Source: Squalus acanthias (Eukaryota). From it: a stretch of 64,000 nucleotides of DNA. The stretch lies in the NCBI GenBank assembly GCA_030390025.1, contig CM059432.1, forward strand, positions 142,354,001 through 142,418,000, written 5' to 3'. The position numbers and the translations under genes are program-made. The notes below the pieces were generated by a model. That model saw nothing but the letters and a program-made list of their open reading frames with translations, had not been told where the DNA came from and did not search any database. Below are positions 23,545-37,184 of the stretch, piece after piece (within the stretch, counting starts at the first letter, position 1; each line of letters begins with the position of its first letter).

Positions 23545-26500
23545 GATCAATGTGCAGCACAGAATCACAAACCGTTTCAACACTATTTTTGCCTCGCTGG
23601 GCCAATCTTCCCTCTCATCTACCAGTCTCCTGATACCCCAGTAAGTAGTTTGCAATCCGCAGTCCAGACAGCCCACTAACATCCTCTCTGTGGTCGCAGT
23701 ACCTGTTCTTTGCTTGATGTCTTCTGTAATATTTTTTGCATTTTGTTGTCCATCACTTTTCAGTTCTGGTTTGTATCAGAAAGGTTATCCTGCTTTGCAT
23801 TTCCAGCATTTGCTGTTTTAATTTGTCTTCTTCCTCCCTGTTTATTTTTCCTGAATGAGACAAATGAAAGGTGGGGGAACTTGTGAATCCAGAGATGACT
23901 ACCCAATGAGTGACGGTTGCCTGCTCCCTGTAACTCCTTCACTGCATTCCACGCTCTTATTGCCTTCAATCTACTTGCTGAACCGAATGTGGCTGCTGCT
24001 GAAACAACAAAGTGTCTCCTTCACATTCCAGGGAGTCTCCCAACTGAGGGTTCAGTGCAGCTGACACGACCCGGAAGGCTTGCCTTTGATCTTTTGGAGG
24101 GCTGCGATTAAAGTGACGGTTATCACACACAGCTTGCATTGTAACCTGGGTGGGAGGTTTAGGGCACGGGGCTGGGCGGGTAACACAAAGCGCTCCGGTT
24201 CCGTGGCTATCCCACTGCAGCTCCGGGCCAGCTCGAGTCTTGACGACGGATGGAGCTGAGCATCCCATGCACGTCCGCTCGCACCTGCTCCGCTTCCACT
24301 TCAAGGTCGTCGGGTGATGGGTTGACCCTGAGGAGCACACCTGGATGCTCTTGGGAAGGTCTCCGTGCAGCCGCAGCAGCCGATCTCGGACCAGAGTCAA
24401 CAGTTACCTGCAGGTCATGCCGGCTCTCTTGTATTCGGGCGATCATGTGAAGAGAAACATGCCAATAGGCTGCTCGGTCGACCTGCGCTTACCCCATCAA
24501 TTAAACTTGCCGGCTCCCTCCCTACGCCCCCCACCCATGCAATTCCAAGTCATGAGGAGGCAACAAAATGGGGAGAAAATCTGTGGCCAATTTTAAGAGA
24601 AACTTTTGTGAAATTCTTCCCCAGCTTCCTAAGGCAATCAAATAACTTTGTGGCGACTATGGTTATCCATGGTAAATCAGTAGGCAGACTATGCACTGTA
24701 CACAGTTGGAAATAAAATTCATCAAGGGTATTAAGGGTTCCGGAATCAAGGCGGGTAGATGGAGTTACGATACAGATCAGCCACGATGGAACTGAACGGT
24801 GGAGCAGGCTGGAGGAGCTGACTGCCTGCTCCTGTTCCTATGTGCCTGGACTATTCTACATGTCTCTCACCCTGTGTGCGGTGAAATTTTATCCCAACTG
24901 TGCGATCAGCTATTCCCGCCTTTCTATGCTGGTTTTCCCTCAAAAGTCAAAGTGCAAAAAAATGGAAACTATGAAATTATTATAATATTTTTCTGAATAG
25001 TAAAGGAAGAAAGATCTGCATTTCTAGAGCGCCTTTCACGACCACCGGACGTCCCAAAGCGCTTTACAGCCAATGAGGTACTTTTTGAAGTGTTGCAATG
25101 TGGGAAATGCTCCTGTGAAGCGCCTTGGGACGTTTTACTGCATTAAAGACACTATAAAAATACAAGTTGTTGTTGTTGGTGTTGTCTCACCTACCTTTAT
25201 AAAGCTCGCTGTCTCCGGCAGTGAGATGAGACGGCTGTTCCACTTATTCAGCACCTTAATTATTTTATTTGCTGGGGGGGGGATTTTTTTTTTTGGAAAA
25301 GGTTGCACAACGTTTGGGCATTTCTTTCTGGCTCAGGGATTTTGAAGCCAGTCTCGATGAAGCAGCGGCAATTCTTTTTTGTATTTGTTCTGGGACGTCC
25401 CTCGCAGAGACTATTCCCTGCTGCGTGGTTGAGTCTATCGACCGACGTCACTAAGATAAAACGGATGACCTGGTCATTATCACGTCTGCTGTTTGCGGGA
25501 TCTCGCTGTGCGCAAACTGGCTGCTGCGTTTCCCACATTTCCTACGCTTCAAAAATTACTTCATTGGCTGTGAAACGCTTTGGAACATCCTGAGGTGGTG
25601 AAAGGCGTAACAGAAATACAAATTTGTTCTTTCTTTAGATAATCACTGCACGCCAATTCTGTTTATTTGTCCCCTTAACATACAGCTTAATGGATCGATA
25701 ATGGTATTGCTCATATCTTAAACAGAGCAGCTAGAATCATTCCCAATCTGAGTGTAGTCACGTGCGGATTGACTGACAGGCTGGCCATTGAGAACTGTAG
25801 CCCTGTGGAATGGCTAAATTTGGAGGAACCATTTTTAAAAAAAAACAAATTCACATGAAATAACATCACTCAACATGGGAGTAGAGTTGCCAGCACTGTA
25901 ATAACAACAGGAAGTTCAGTACATGGTGCTGACTAGAACATGGAAGAGTCACAGAATAGATCTCACTGGTGTGATGAAGTGTGATTAGAAAAAGCCACAT
26001 TCCTACAACACTTACCATAGCAATGTCTTTGGTTAATGAGCTCCAAAACCAACCACAGTGTTTTTGTGTATATTTAAAATCATGTGTTATTTAAAATAAC
26101 AGAAGACACAAAGGTCCTCTGTTGCATCTATGTCGGTCAAATGTCGGGAGAAAAAACCACCAATTCAGTAAAGGAACGTATGTAAGATATGTACAAAGGC
26201 AGCGGGAGACACGGGGGAAGGGAGAGACGAGGGAATTGCAGGAGGAGGGAGACAGAAAGGTTAAGAAGCAGAATTAGAGGCTAACGGAGAGATACAGAGA
26301 GGATCATGAGAGAAAGTGTGTGAGCCAGACACACACACACACACACACAGAAAGAATGGAAGACAAACAGAAAAGGCCACAGAGAAGAGATGGAGAGGGC
26401 AAGAGACACAGTCACGGGCAGTGAGACACGGGGAGAAAGTCAACTCACGGCCACCCATTTTGCACCTGAAAATCTGGGGGGTGGAGGGGGTGGAGTGGGG

Positions 26501-26696
26501 GAGGGACCTCGACTGCCCCTTTAACACCCATTCCCTGTAACTGGGCAAACAGGGCACCCACCTGAGACAGACGTTAGTCTGGTTTGAGTGGAAAAGAGAA
26601 TCATTTGGCAGGAAGAAATTTGCATATTCTAAAAATATTGTGGGGGTAAATTTCACTTTGGGCGATAGCGGAAAATTGGTGGTTACAGATCGGCCA

Positions 26697-28330
26697 CCCG
26701 TTGTACACCCAATGTACGCCCGTTGTACAACCAATGTATGCCCGTTGTACAACCAATGTACGCCCGTTGTACACCTGGTGTACGCCCATTGTACACCCGA
26801 TGTACGCCCGTTGTACAACCGATGTACGCCCGGTGTATGCCCGTTGTACACCCGGTGTATGCCCGTTGTACACCCGATGTATGCCCGTTGTACACCCGAT
26901 GTATGCCCGTTGTACACCCGTTGTACGCCCGTTGTACACCCGATGTACGCCCGTTGTACACCCGATGTACGCCCGTTGTACACCCGATGTACGCCCGGTG
27001 TACGCCCATTGTACACCCGATGTACACCCGTTGTACATCCGATGTACGCCCGTTGTACACCCGGTGTACGCCCATTGTACACCCGATGTACGCCCGTTGT
27101 ACACCCGGTGTACGCCCATTGTACACCCGATGTACGCCCGTTGTACACCCGATGTACGCCTGTTGTACACCCGATGTATGCCCGTTGTACACCCTATGTA
27201 CGCCCGTTGTACACCCGGTGTACGCCCATTGTACACCCGATGTACGCCCGTTGTACAACCAATGTACGCCCGTTGTACACCCGATGTATGCCCGTTGTAC
27301 ACCCGGTGTATGCCCGTTGTACACCCGATGTATGCCCGTTGTACACCCAATGTACGCCCGTTGTACACCCGATGTACGCCCGTTGTACAACCAATATACG
27401 CCCGTTGTACACCCGATGTATGCCCGGTGTACACCCGGTGTATGCCCGTTGTACACCCGATGTATGGTCGTTGTACACCCGGTGTATGCCCGTTGTAAAC
27501 CCGATGTATGCCCGTTGTACACTCGATGTACGCCTGTTGTACACCCAGTGTACGCCCATTGTACACCCGATGTACGCCCGTTGTACAACCAATATACGCC
27601 CGTTGTACACCCGATGTATGCCCGTTGTACACCCGATGTACGCCCGTTGTACGCCCATTGTACACCCGATGTACGCCCATTGTACAACCAATGTACGCCC
27701 GTTGTACACCCGATGTATGCCCGTTGTACACCCGATATACGCCCGTTGTACACCCGGTGTACGCCCATTGTACACCCGATGTACGCCCGTTGTACAACCA
27801 ATATACGCCCGTTGTACACCCGATGTATGCCCGTTGTACACCCGGTGTATGCCCGTTGTACACCCGTTGTACACACGATGTACGCCCATTGTACAACCAA
27901 TGTACGCCCGTTGTACAACCAATGTACACCCGTTGTACACACGATGTACGCCCATTGTACAACCAATGTACGCCCATTGTACAACCAATGTACACCTGTT
28001 GTACACACGATGTACGCCCATTGTACAACCAATGTACGCCCATTGTACAACCAATGTACGCCCATTGTACAACCAATGTACACCCGTTGTACACACGATG
28101 TACGCCCGTTGTACAACCAATGTACACCCGTTGTACACACGATGTACGCCTGTTGTACAACCAATGTACGCCCGTTGTACAACCAATGCACACTCAATCC
28201 TGTTGTACGCCTGTTGCACACCCATTGAATGTCCGTTGTGCGCTTGTTGTAGTTCCATTGTACACCCGGTGTACACCCTTTGTGAACCCATTGTACACCC
28301 GGTGTACACCCTTTGTGAACCCATTGTACG
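26697..28330. repeat. 11/22-bp tandem satellite (CCCGTTGTACA + CCCGATGTACG), ~1.6 kb
   Basis: Direct reading; almost free of stop codons, which explains the long spurious ORFs in all six frames. Confidence 0.97.
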
Positions 28331-29490
28331 CCTGTTGACTTCAATGCAAAGGAAAATGGGGCGGGTTGTTACCGCCTGTTCTGGGTCACCATCAAAGTTG
28401 AATTTCACCCCCACAGTTACTGTCCGTGCGGAAAACAAATGTCTGAATTCTGCTAATTATGTCTGATATACATATTCAAATCCGCTCGCTAAAAATAGAC
28501 TGCCCCTTGCCTCAGTAGCAAACAAATAAACTTTACTGAGGGCCTCAGCACTGCCCAGCCCATTGTCTGGCAGACAGCAGCACTGCACAGATCTCCTTCA
28601 CTGTCACAGTTACTAAGCTTTCCCTCTCTTAACGTGGCCTTCCCTGTTAATTAATGTTGTTTCATATGCAATTATTATTTCCAGATGTTAAGATCTGTGA
28701 ATAAACAAGGGAATGATGATTGGCAAGGACCAGAGGGGAGGTGAAATCCCTATTTATGTTATATAATAACCGTAGTCCTTACAGTTTCTTAGTGTTTCTA
28801 ATAAATCTGCTTTGAAGCACTTTGAAGGTTGACTTCTGCCAGTTATTTTGAGAGTGCCAATAACTGCATTAATTGTAGTGGATGCTTTCTCGCCAAATCC
28901 CATTGCGCTGATGGATCAGATAAGATTAGGAATGCATAAAGAGTATCTTATGTGATCAGAAAAAATACTCTTGACTTTTCTTTCCTTATCAGAGAACAGA
29001 CATAAGGAAACTGTTTCTTTTCAATTAAGCTTCACGGAGAGAACAGACTTAGCAAATAGATATTTTTTAAATAAACTTTTGGAACAGAGTATTTTTACTA
29101 TTCTTGCAACTAAGGAGTTTATAATGGTTCCACTCTTGTTCTGTACACGGCTAATGTTCTCTGACCTCTACTAAGTTATTTCAAAATAGCCTAAATCCAT
29201 TTACAAGTCCTATTGGATTCTATAAATATGGAATATCCCCCCACAGGATCCCCTACGACAAATTGTAGCTCCCGTAGGAATTCTACTACATTATATAACA
29301 TCTAATAACATCTTTAGGAGAATTTAACAGTCAAATTCCACAGAAAATATCAAGATTCACTTGATCCAATATAAGGTCTCTGGGAGGGCATATCATCCCA
29401 GTGATACTCTGCAGGGGTGGAGTGAAGCAGATTATTTTATCAATATTGTCCCAATCAAGTGGGTCAATATTGTTTGGCCTCATGATGAAG

Positions 29491-29748
29491 CAATTCAATT
29501 TGAATATAAATGCTCAACCAATTCAATTTGAATACAGACACTCAAGTAATTCAATTCATATAGAGACACTCGAGTAATTCAATTCAAATAGAGATGCTCA
29601 ACCAATTCAATTTGAATACAGACACTCAAGTAATTCAATTCAAATACAAATGCCCAACCAATTCAATTTGAATACAGACAATTAACCAATTCAATTCAAA
29701 TAGAGACACTCGAGTAATTCAATTCAAATACAGACGATCAACCAATTC
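29491..29748. repeat. 28-bp AT-rich minisatellite, ~9 copies
   Basis: AATTC(AATT) recurs at 29492, 29520, 29548 ... 29744. Confidence 0.9.
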
Positions 29749-30019
29749 TATAAATTCAGCTCAAGGGAAATAACTTAAGAAAACAAAAGAGAGATGAACT
29801 TTGATAAGAACGCAGTGCCAAGCTCAGCAGTTACTGTTTGTCTGTAATTGACCTGTAAACTCAACCACATTTCCTCTCTGATTCCTCAAATCATGGCGAT
29901 TTTCAGTCAGTCAAACTACCGAAACATTATTAAACCAACGCAATAACCCAGTGGCAGGCAGTTCATCAGGGGATGATAAAACAAAGATAATAATTGAAAA
30001 TCTCCAAAACAAAGAAAGA

Positions 30020-30360
30020 TAAAAGACTTGCATTATATAGTGCCTTTCATGACCTCAGAACATCCCAAAACACTTTACAGCCAATTAAGTACTTTTGAAG
30101 TGTAGTCACTGTTGTAATGTGCAAAATGTGGCAGCTAATTTGTGCACAGCAAGTTCCTACAAACTCCAATGAGATAATGACCAGAGAATCTGTTTTAGTG
30201 ATGTTGGTTGAGGGATAAATATTGGCCAGGACACCGGGCAGAACTCCCCTGCTCTTCTTTGAAATAGTGCCGTGGGATCTTTTACATCCATCTTAGAGGG
30301 CAGACAGGACCTCAGTTTAATGTCTCATCCAAAATACGGCATCTCTGACAATGAAGCACT
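30020..30360 (-). mobile_element. SacSINE1-like DeuSINE, 3' two-thirds
   Basis: Deu-like core and tail, reverse orientation. Confidence 0.75.
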
Positions 30361-32740
30361 TGTTATTCATGAGGGCCTGGAAATAAAAGCAGCTAGTTAT
30401 AACCACACCAATTTGAATGTTTATTCGGATATAACATTAGGCAAGATGATAATTGAGAAGGGCATAAGTATGACAAAAACCAGGTTAATAGATTGGAGAA
30501 AAGCTGATTTTGAGGGGCTGAGAATAGAACTTGGGAAATTAAAATGGGCAAAAATATTGGCAAACAAAGATGTAGAACAGCAATGGGAAACATTTAAAAC
30601 GGTGTTCAACAGAGTGCAGGAACAATATATTCCGCCAAAAGGAAAGAACAAACTAAACACGAATGAGACTCCATGGATGAATAAAGCCATAAGGGAACAA
30701 TTGAGGGTAAGGAAAGAGGCATACATTAAGTACATGTGAGAAGTCGCACAACACCAGGTTATAGTCCAACAGCTTTATTTGAAATCACAAGTACATGGAC
30801 AGCAGGGGAGTGCATGATAAGGGAGAATATGAAGAGATTAGGTGAGAAGTCAAAAAAAATTAGGAAGGCAAAGAGGAACTATGAAATTAAATTATCAAGG
30901 AACATAAAACAAAATAGTAAAATATTTTACAGACCCATCAAATAAAAAAGGAAGGTTGGGATGGGAATAGGGCCATTAAGGGATCGACAGGATAATACCA
31001 CAGGTAACGATAGAGAGATGGCAGAAATATTAAATAATTATTTTGCTTCAGTATTTACCAGGGAGATAGAACAGGTGGACATGACATTGGATGATGAGAT
31101 TAGTAATGAGATAAGTGCATTTAAAATAAAAAGAGGGGATATATTAAATAAACTAATCAAACTCAAAGAGGATAAAACCCCTGGTCCGGATGGATTGCAT
31201 CCACACATTTTAAAATAATCTAGGGAAGAGATAGCAGAGGCATTACTAAACATATTTAATAATTTGTTAGAAAAAGGTGTAGTGCCAGAAGACTGGCGGA
31301 TAGCTAACACAATACCTATATTCAAGAAGGGGGATAGAAAATGTCTAGGGAATTATAGACCAGTCAGTTTAACATCGGTGGTAGGAAAAATAATGGAATC
31401 CCTACTAAAGGAGAAAATAGAAGAACATCGAGAAACCAAAAATATAATAAGGAATAGTCAGCATTGATTTCAAAAGGGAAAGTCTTGCTTTACCAACCTC
31501 ATTGAATTTTTTGAAGAGAGAGAGACAATGGTAATGCAGTAGATGTAATTTATCTAGATTTTCAAAAGGCCTTCGATAAGGTACTCTATAATAGACTGAT
31601 GAACAAGGTCAGAGAATGCAGAGTCAGGGGACAAGTAGCAGAATGGATAGCTAGCTGGCTTTAAGTCAGAAAGCAGAGAGCAGAGAGTAGGAGTAAAGGG
31701 GAGCTATTCACAGTGACAGAAGGTGGGTAGTGGTGTTCCACAAGGATCAGTGCTGGGACCACTGCTGTTCACAATTTACAGTAACGATTTAAACTTTGAA
31801 GCAAAAACACAATTTCTAAATTTACGGATGACACCAAATTGGGGGGAGGGGGTAGTCAATACTGAGGAGGACTGCAACAAATTACAGGAGGACATTAATA
31901 AACTTGCAGAATGGGCATATAATTGGCAAATGAAGTTCAACACAGATAAATGTGAGGTATTACATTTTGGTAGGAAGAATAAGGAGGTCACTTATTACTT
32001 GGAGGGTGCGAGTCTAGGTGGGGTAGAGGAGCAAAGGGATCTCGGAGTACAAATACACAAATCACTAAAAGTTGCGCCACAGGTTAGCAAGGCCATAAAA
32101 AAGCAAACCAAGCACTAGGGTTTATTTGTAGAGGGATAGAATTGAAAAGTAGGGAAGTTATGCTAAACCTGTATCGAACCTTGGTTAGACCACACTTAGT
32201 GGAGTACTGCGTACAGTTCTGGTCGCCATATTATAAAAAGGATATAGAGGCACTGGAGGGGGTGCAGAGAAGATTTACAAGGATGATACCAGAAATGCGA
32301 GGGTATACATATCAGGAAAGGATGAACAGGCTGGGTCTCTTTTCTCTTGAAAAAAGAAGGCTGAGGGGTGACCTAATAAAGATCTTTAAAATTATGAAAG
32401 GTTTTGATAGAGTGGATACAGAGAGAATGTTTCCACTTGTGGGGAATAGCATAACTAAAGGCCATCAATATAAGATAGTCAGCAAGAAATCCAATAGGGA
32501 ATTCAGGAGAAACTTCTTTACCCAGAGAGTGGGGAGAATGTGGAACTCGCTACCACAGGGAGTGGTTGAAGCAAATAGTATAGATGCATTTAAGGCGAGG
32601 CTGGACAAGCATATGAGGGAGAAGGGGTTACGCTGATAGATTTAGATGAGGAAAGACGGGAGGAGGCTCGAGTGGAGCATAAACGCCGGCATGGACTGGT
32701 TGGTCCAAATGGCCTGTTTCTGTGCCATATATCCTGTGTA
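30361..32740 (+). mobile_element. CR1 LINE, degenerate ORF2 (many stops/frameshifts), with a 52-bp Penelope-like insert at 30737-30788
   Basis: [27 protein letters not shown] motifs; the insert is flanked by 9-bp TSD AAGTACATG. Confidence 0.9.
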
Positions 32741-32953
32741 ATCAGAGGGGCAAACTTCATCTACTGCATTACGGTACAACACATCAGTGCTCCGAGGTCC
32801 AGAGACACTGTGCCGCTCAATCGCACCGCGTTCAGTATTTTAACTTTTGAGATTTGTTTCCTCATTACATCACATCTCCACTTGCAGCCCAGGCCACCTC
32901 ATTCCAGACCTGTGACACTCTTATCCGACCGGTTGCACCTTTTCTCTCTCCAG

Positions 32954-33075
32954 CTGCAGTGAAATGCACCAAAGAGGAGAAGTTGTTCCGGGACTGCGCC
33001 GAAGCCTATCAGAACGGTCACAACACGAGCGGGGTCTACAGCATTCACATCAGCGACAGATCAGAGCCTAAGAAG
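32954..33075 (+). CDS. Angiopoietin-family gene, exon 5 equivalent (linker and start of fibrinogen-related domain)
   Basis: Polypyrimidine tract + ccag|CT...AAG|gtgagg; 122 nt; (A)AVKCTKEEKLFRDCAEAYQNGHNTSGVYSIHISDRSEPKK, with the FRDC motif. A second in-frame acceptor would start the exon at 32960. Confidence 0.93.
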
Positions 33076-33837
33076 GTGAGGACCTCGCGGGAAACCTGAC
33101 TTTGGGGACTTGGGCCTGGTAATTCGGCGGCCCCTGATATGGGGCGCGAACCGAGTGATGGAAACGACGGGCCGACGGGCCTGAGGACCACCAAATATTG
33201 GTCGTCGTGCGTCATCAGCAGGTGGCTGGCGTACTGCAGGCACTAGTTGCACCCCATGAGGCGATTCGATGGACACAAGTAGGAGCAAAATTGGCCTGAT
33301 AAGTCTGGTGGGGGAGGGGAGAGGGGAGGGCAGGCAATCGGTGGGGGGGGGGGTGGCGGGGGGGGCGAGTGCACGATGGCAGCAGCCCACACTGTTAATG
33401 TGGAGCCAGGAGGACTTCTCCTGCTCCCCCTGGCTCCACTGTTCGGATGTGTTATAAAAACCTACCTTTGTGTTTTTTGTTTTGCGCTTTCCAGCGGTTG
33501 TTCCGCTGTGGAAACCAAGCAAGGAACCGGTCGGAGCTTGTGCGCTGCAAATACTGATGGGTTTTTTGCCTGATGTGGCAGCAGAATCCTGAGACAGATG
33601 TTGGGCTCCTCCTTGCACGTTTAAATTGGGCCAATGATGCATTCAGGCAGCCTTCAGGGACCGTCCAATATGGTGTTGCTGTCACATATCCGGCGTAGAA
33701 CCCAGCACGCCATTCAGCGCCCATTTGATACATATAAAATTCTGACCGGGCTAGACAGACTGGATGCAGGGAGGATGTTTCCCCTGGCTGGGGGGTCTAG
33801 AACAAGGGGTCACAGTCTCAGGATACGGGGTAGGATG

Positions 33838-34266
33838 GGGCAATACGGTGGCATAGTGGTTAGCACTGGTGCCTCACAGCGCCAGGGACCCGGGTTCGAA
33901 TCTGACCTTGGGTGACTGTCTGTGTGGAGTTTGCACATTCTCCCCGTGTCTGCGTGGGTTTCCTCCAGGTGCTCCGGTTTCCTCCCACAGTCCAAAAATG
34001 TGCGGGTTAGGTTGATTTGGCTATGATAAAAAATTGACCCTTAGTGTTAGGGGGGGAGTAAATATGTGGGGTTATGGGGATAGGATGGGATATGTTAGGG
34101 GGAATTAAATACGTGGGGTTACAGGGGTAGGGTGGGATGTGTGTACTGTGGGGATTAAAGCAGGGACAGGGTACTGGATTTGGATGATCAGCCATGATCG
34201 TATTGAATGGTGGAGCAGGCTCGACGGGCCGAATGGCCTACTCCTGCTCCTAGATTCTATGTTTCT
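33838..34266 (+). mobile_element. HE1-like V-SINE, full length, inserted in a CR1 3' end (33728-34540)
   Basis: tRNA-like head GGTGGCATAGTGGTTAGCACT...GGGTTCGAATC (A/B boxes), V-domain TCTCCCCGTGTCTGCGTGGGTTTCCTCC, CR1-derived tail. Confidence 0.85.
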
Positions 34267-35621
34267 ATTTAGGACTGAGATGAGGAGAAATGTCTTCACT
34301 CAGAGGGCGGTGAACCTGTGGAAATCTCTACCACAGAAGGCTGTGGAGGCCAAGTCACTGAATATATTTAAGAAGGAGATGGATAGATTTCTAGACACAA
34401 GGCATCAAGGGGTATGGGGAGAGAGCGGGAACATGGTATTGAGATAGAGGATCAGCCATGATCATATTGAATGGCGGAGCAGGCTCGAAGGGCCGAATGG
34501 CTGACTCCTGCTCATATTTTTCTATGTTTCTATGTTTCTATTTATCACCCGAAATACGGGAGGGGGGGCGGGGGAGGCTGCGCAATCCAATCTCTAGACT
34601 GTATCCTCGCACTGGCTCATAGCCTGAATTCACTACATATGAGCCAGAGTCAATGATGGTGAAATGTTCATACCGACTGTTGTGTGATTTCCAATGTCAG
34701 GAGTCAAGTGTTCACAGGTTTGTTATGTCTGGGAAAAAATTCTTTCTTTCTTTTTTTCACCCACATATTAGGAAACTGAAAAGTCTTTTTTTTTTTTTTG
34801 CGTGGTTCTGCATAGTCTTAACCCCTGGTGATTTGTCCCGTTACATGACATAGTACAGAGTCAAAACCAATTTACACTGACCAGCAACCACACACACACA
34901 GATGGTCTTTGAAACCCGACATGGGAAAACTACATAAATTGTGTGTGCCAAGATTAAATCAGGCAGAAATTAGTTCATTTGTTCATTTTCCTCCTTCAAT
35001 TAAGAAGCAATTATCTCATCTGTTTGTCAATTCCTACATTTCGGAACAAATTCTTAAGGCTATACGTTAGCTTGAAAGTCACAAATAATATTTAAAATTG
35101 ATAAATGCACTCATCAATTCATTTTGCAAACTTAAAAAGGTATGTTCTAAATGTCCTATTAGCTTTATAAATGATGAGTGATTTCCGCATCATTTGAACA
35201 ATGGGCTTTAGTTTAACACGATGCTATGAATTGAACTTTCATTTTGAGGTCATGCTTCACAGTTCTAAAAATGTTGAATTGCGTTTTTTTGCCTTTCTGC
35301 GCTCCTTCAATTCTGGACTATTCAGCATCCCCTACTTCCTTAGCCCCACCATTGGCGGCCGTGCCTTCAGCTTCCAAGGCCCTAAGCTCTGGAATTCCCT
35401 CCCTAAACCTCTCCGCCTCTCCACCTCTCTCTCCTCCTTTAAGACGCTCCTTAAAACCGACCTCTTTGACCAAGCGTTTGGTCACCTGCCCTAATATTTC
35501 CTCAGCTGGCTCAATGTCAAATGTTGTCTGATAACGGTCCTGTGACGCGCCTTCGAATGTTTTATTCTGTCAAAGGCGCTGTAGAAATGCAAGTTGTTGT
35601 TGCTGTTACTTTACTGATGAT

Positions 35622-36410
35622 TAACATTCGCGCCACACAAGTGCCAGGCAATGACTATCTCCAATAAACGAGAGTCTAACCACCGCCCCTTGACATTCAA
35701 CGGCATTACCATCGCTGAATCCCCCACCATCAACATCCTGGGGGGGTCACCATTGACCATGAACTTAACTGGACCAGCCACATAAATACTGTGGCAGCAA
35801 GAGCAGGTCAGAGGCTGGGTATTCTGCGGTGAGTGTCTCACCTCCCGACTCCCCAAAGCCTTTCCATCATCTACAAGGCACAAGTAAGGAGTGTAATGGA
35901 ATTCTCTCCACTTGCCTGGATGAGTGCAGCTCCAACAACACTCAAGAAGCTCGACACCATCCAGGACAAAGCGGCCCGCTTGATTGGCACCCCAACCACC
36001 ACCTTAAACATTCACTCCCTCCACCACCGGCGTACCGTGGCTGCAGTGTGTACCATCTACAAGATGCACTGCAGCAACTCGCCAAGGCTTCTTCGGCAGC
36101 ACCTCCCAAACCCGCTACCTCTTCTGCCTAGAAGGACAAGGGCAGCAGGCGCATGGGAACACCACCACCTCCAAGTTCCCCTCCAAGTCACACACCATCC
36201 TGACTTGGAAGTATATCGCCAATCCTTCATCGTCACTGGGTCAAACTCCTGGAACTCCCTCCCTAACAGCACTGTGGGAGTACCTTCACCACACGGACTG
36301 CAGTGGTTCAAGAAGGCGGCTCACCACCACCTTCTCAAGGGCAATTAGGGATGGGCAATAAATGCTGGCCTTGCCAGCGACGCCCACATCCCATGAATGA
36401 ATTTTTAAAA
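35622..36410 (+). mobile_element. CR1/L2-group LINE 3' end (family with GGGCAATTAGGGATGGGCAATAAATG tail)
   Basis: IYKAQVRSVMEFSPLAW...HRRTVAAVCTIYKMH RT C-terminus. Confidence 0.8.
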
Positions 36411-37184
36411 AATTAGCCTAAAATCCCAGTTATATTTTAAGAAGTTATATTGATGAACAGGTCATTCTGGGCCTCTGACTAGATTACTGTACAGCTCTGA
36501 AATTATACAGATGTAATTGCGGGGGGGTGGTGGAGAGTGGGGTGCGGGGCGCTCAATTTTAACCTTACCCGCCTCACCGTCCCGATCTCACCAGCAACAC
36601 AGCCGGCGCTATTTTGAAAAGTGATGGACAACAACCGCCTCCCTGCCATCCCCCGCCCACCCAAAGCCCCTCTCTGGGTTAAAACCCACTCTATAGTATC
36701 AGACAGAAATCGTGTGAATTTGTAAAAGAGCAAAGTGAAACAGAGAATTCCCTTGTCTAATATTCTCTGATGGAACACATCATGATACGATTCAGCATCG
36801 GTCTCTCCCAGTCTCAAATCATTGTTATTAATTTCAACACCACATTTCACCGTTATTAGCGCTATATTTATTTTATACTGATCATAAGATATAAATGAAA
36901 AAATAATGGGTGTTTGGGTAAGAGTAACGAGGCTGTAATTTAGTCCATTAACTATGCCACGTTTCACACTCATGGTGTATGATGTAATTTGACCCTCTCG
37001 AGTACAGAGCACCCATGCCCGATCAACTATGGTTCTCGATAGAGTTATATCTGATGCGAGAACATTATCAACGCTTATTAAACTTCCTCGAATCCAGGAC
37101 AGGTTAATAACATTGCATTAAGCAGTCGCTCACAGCTGTATTACTGGAAGTGAGTTTCCCCAAACAATGACATTATGTGGTCTA

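Noticed and set aside
26261..28466. 265-608 aa Cys/Tyr/Val-rich ORFs in all six frames
   Set aside because: Translation of a nearly stop-free 11/22-bp satellite; no frame preference, no splice context.
33838..33910. tRNA gene
   Set aside because: The A/B boxes continue straight into a V-SINE body and LINE-derived tail; it is a SINE head.
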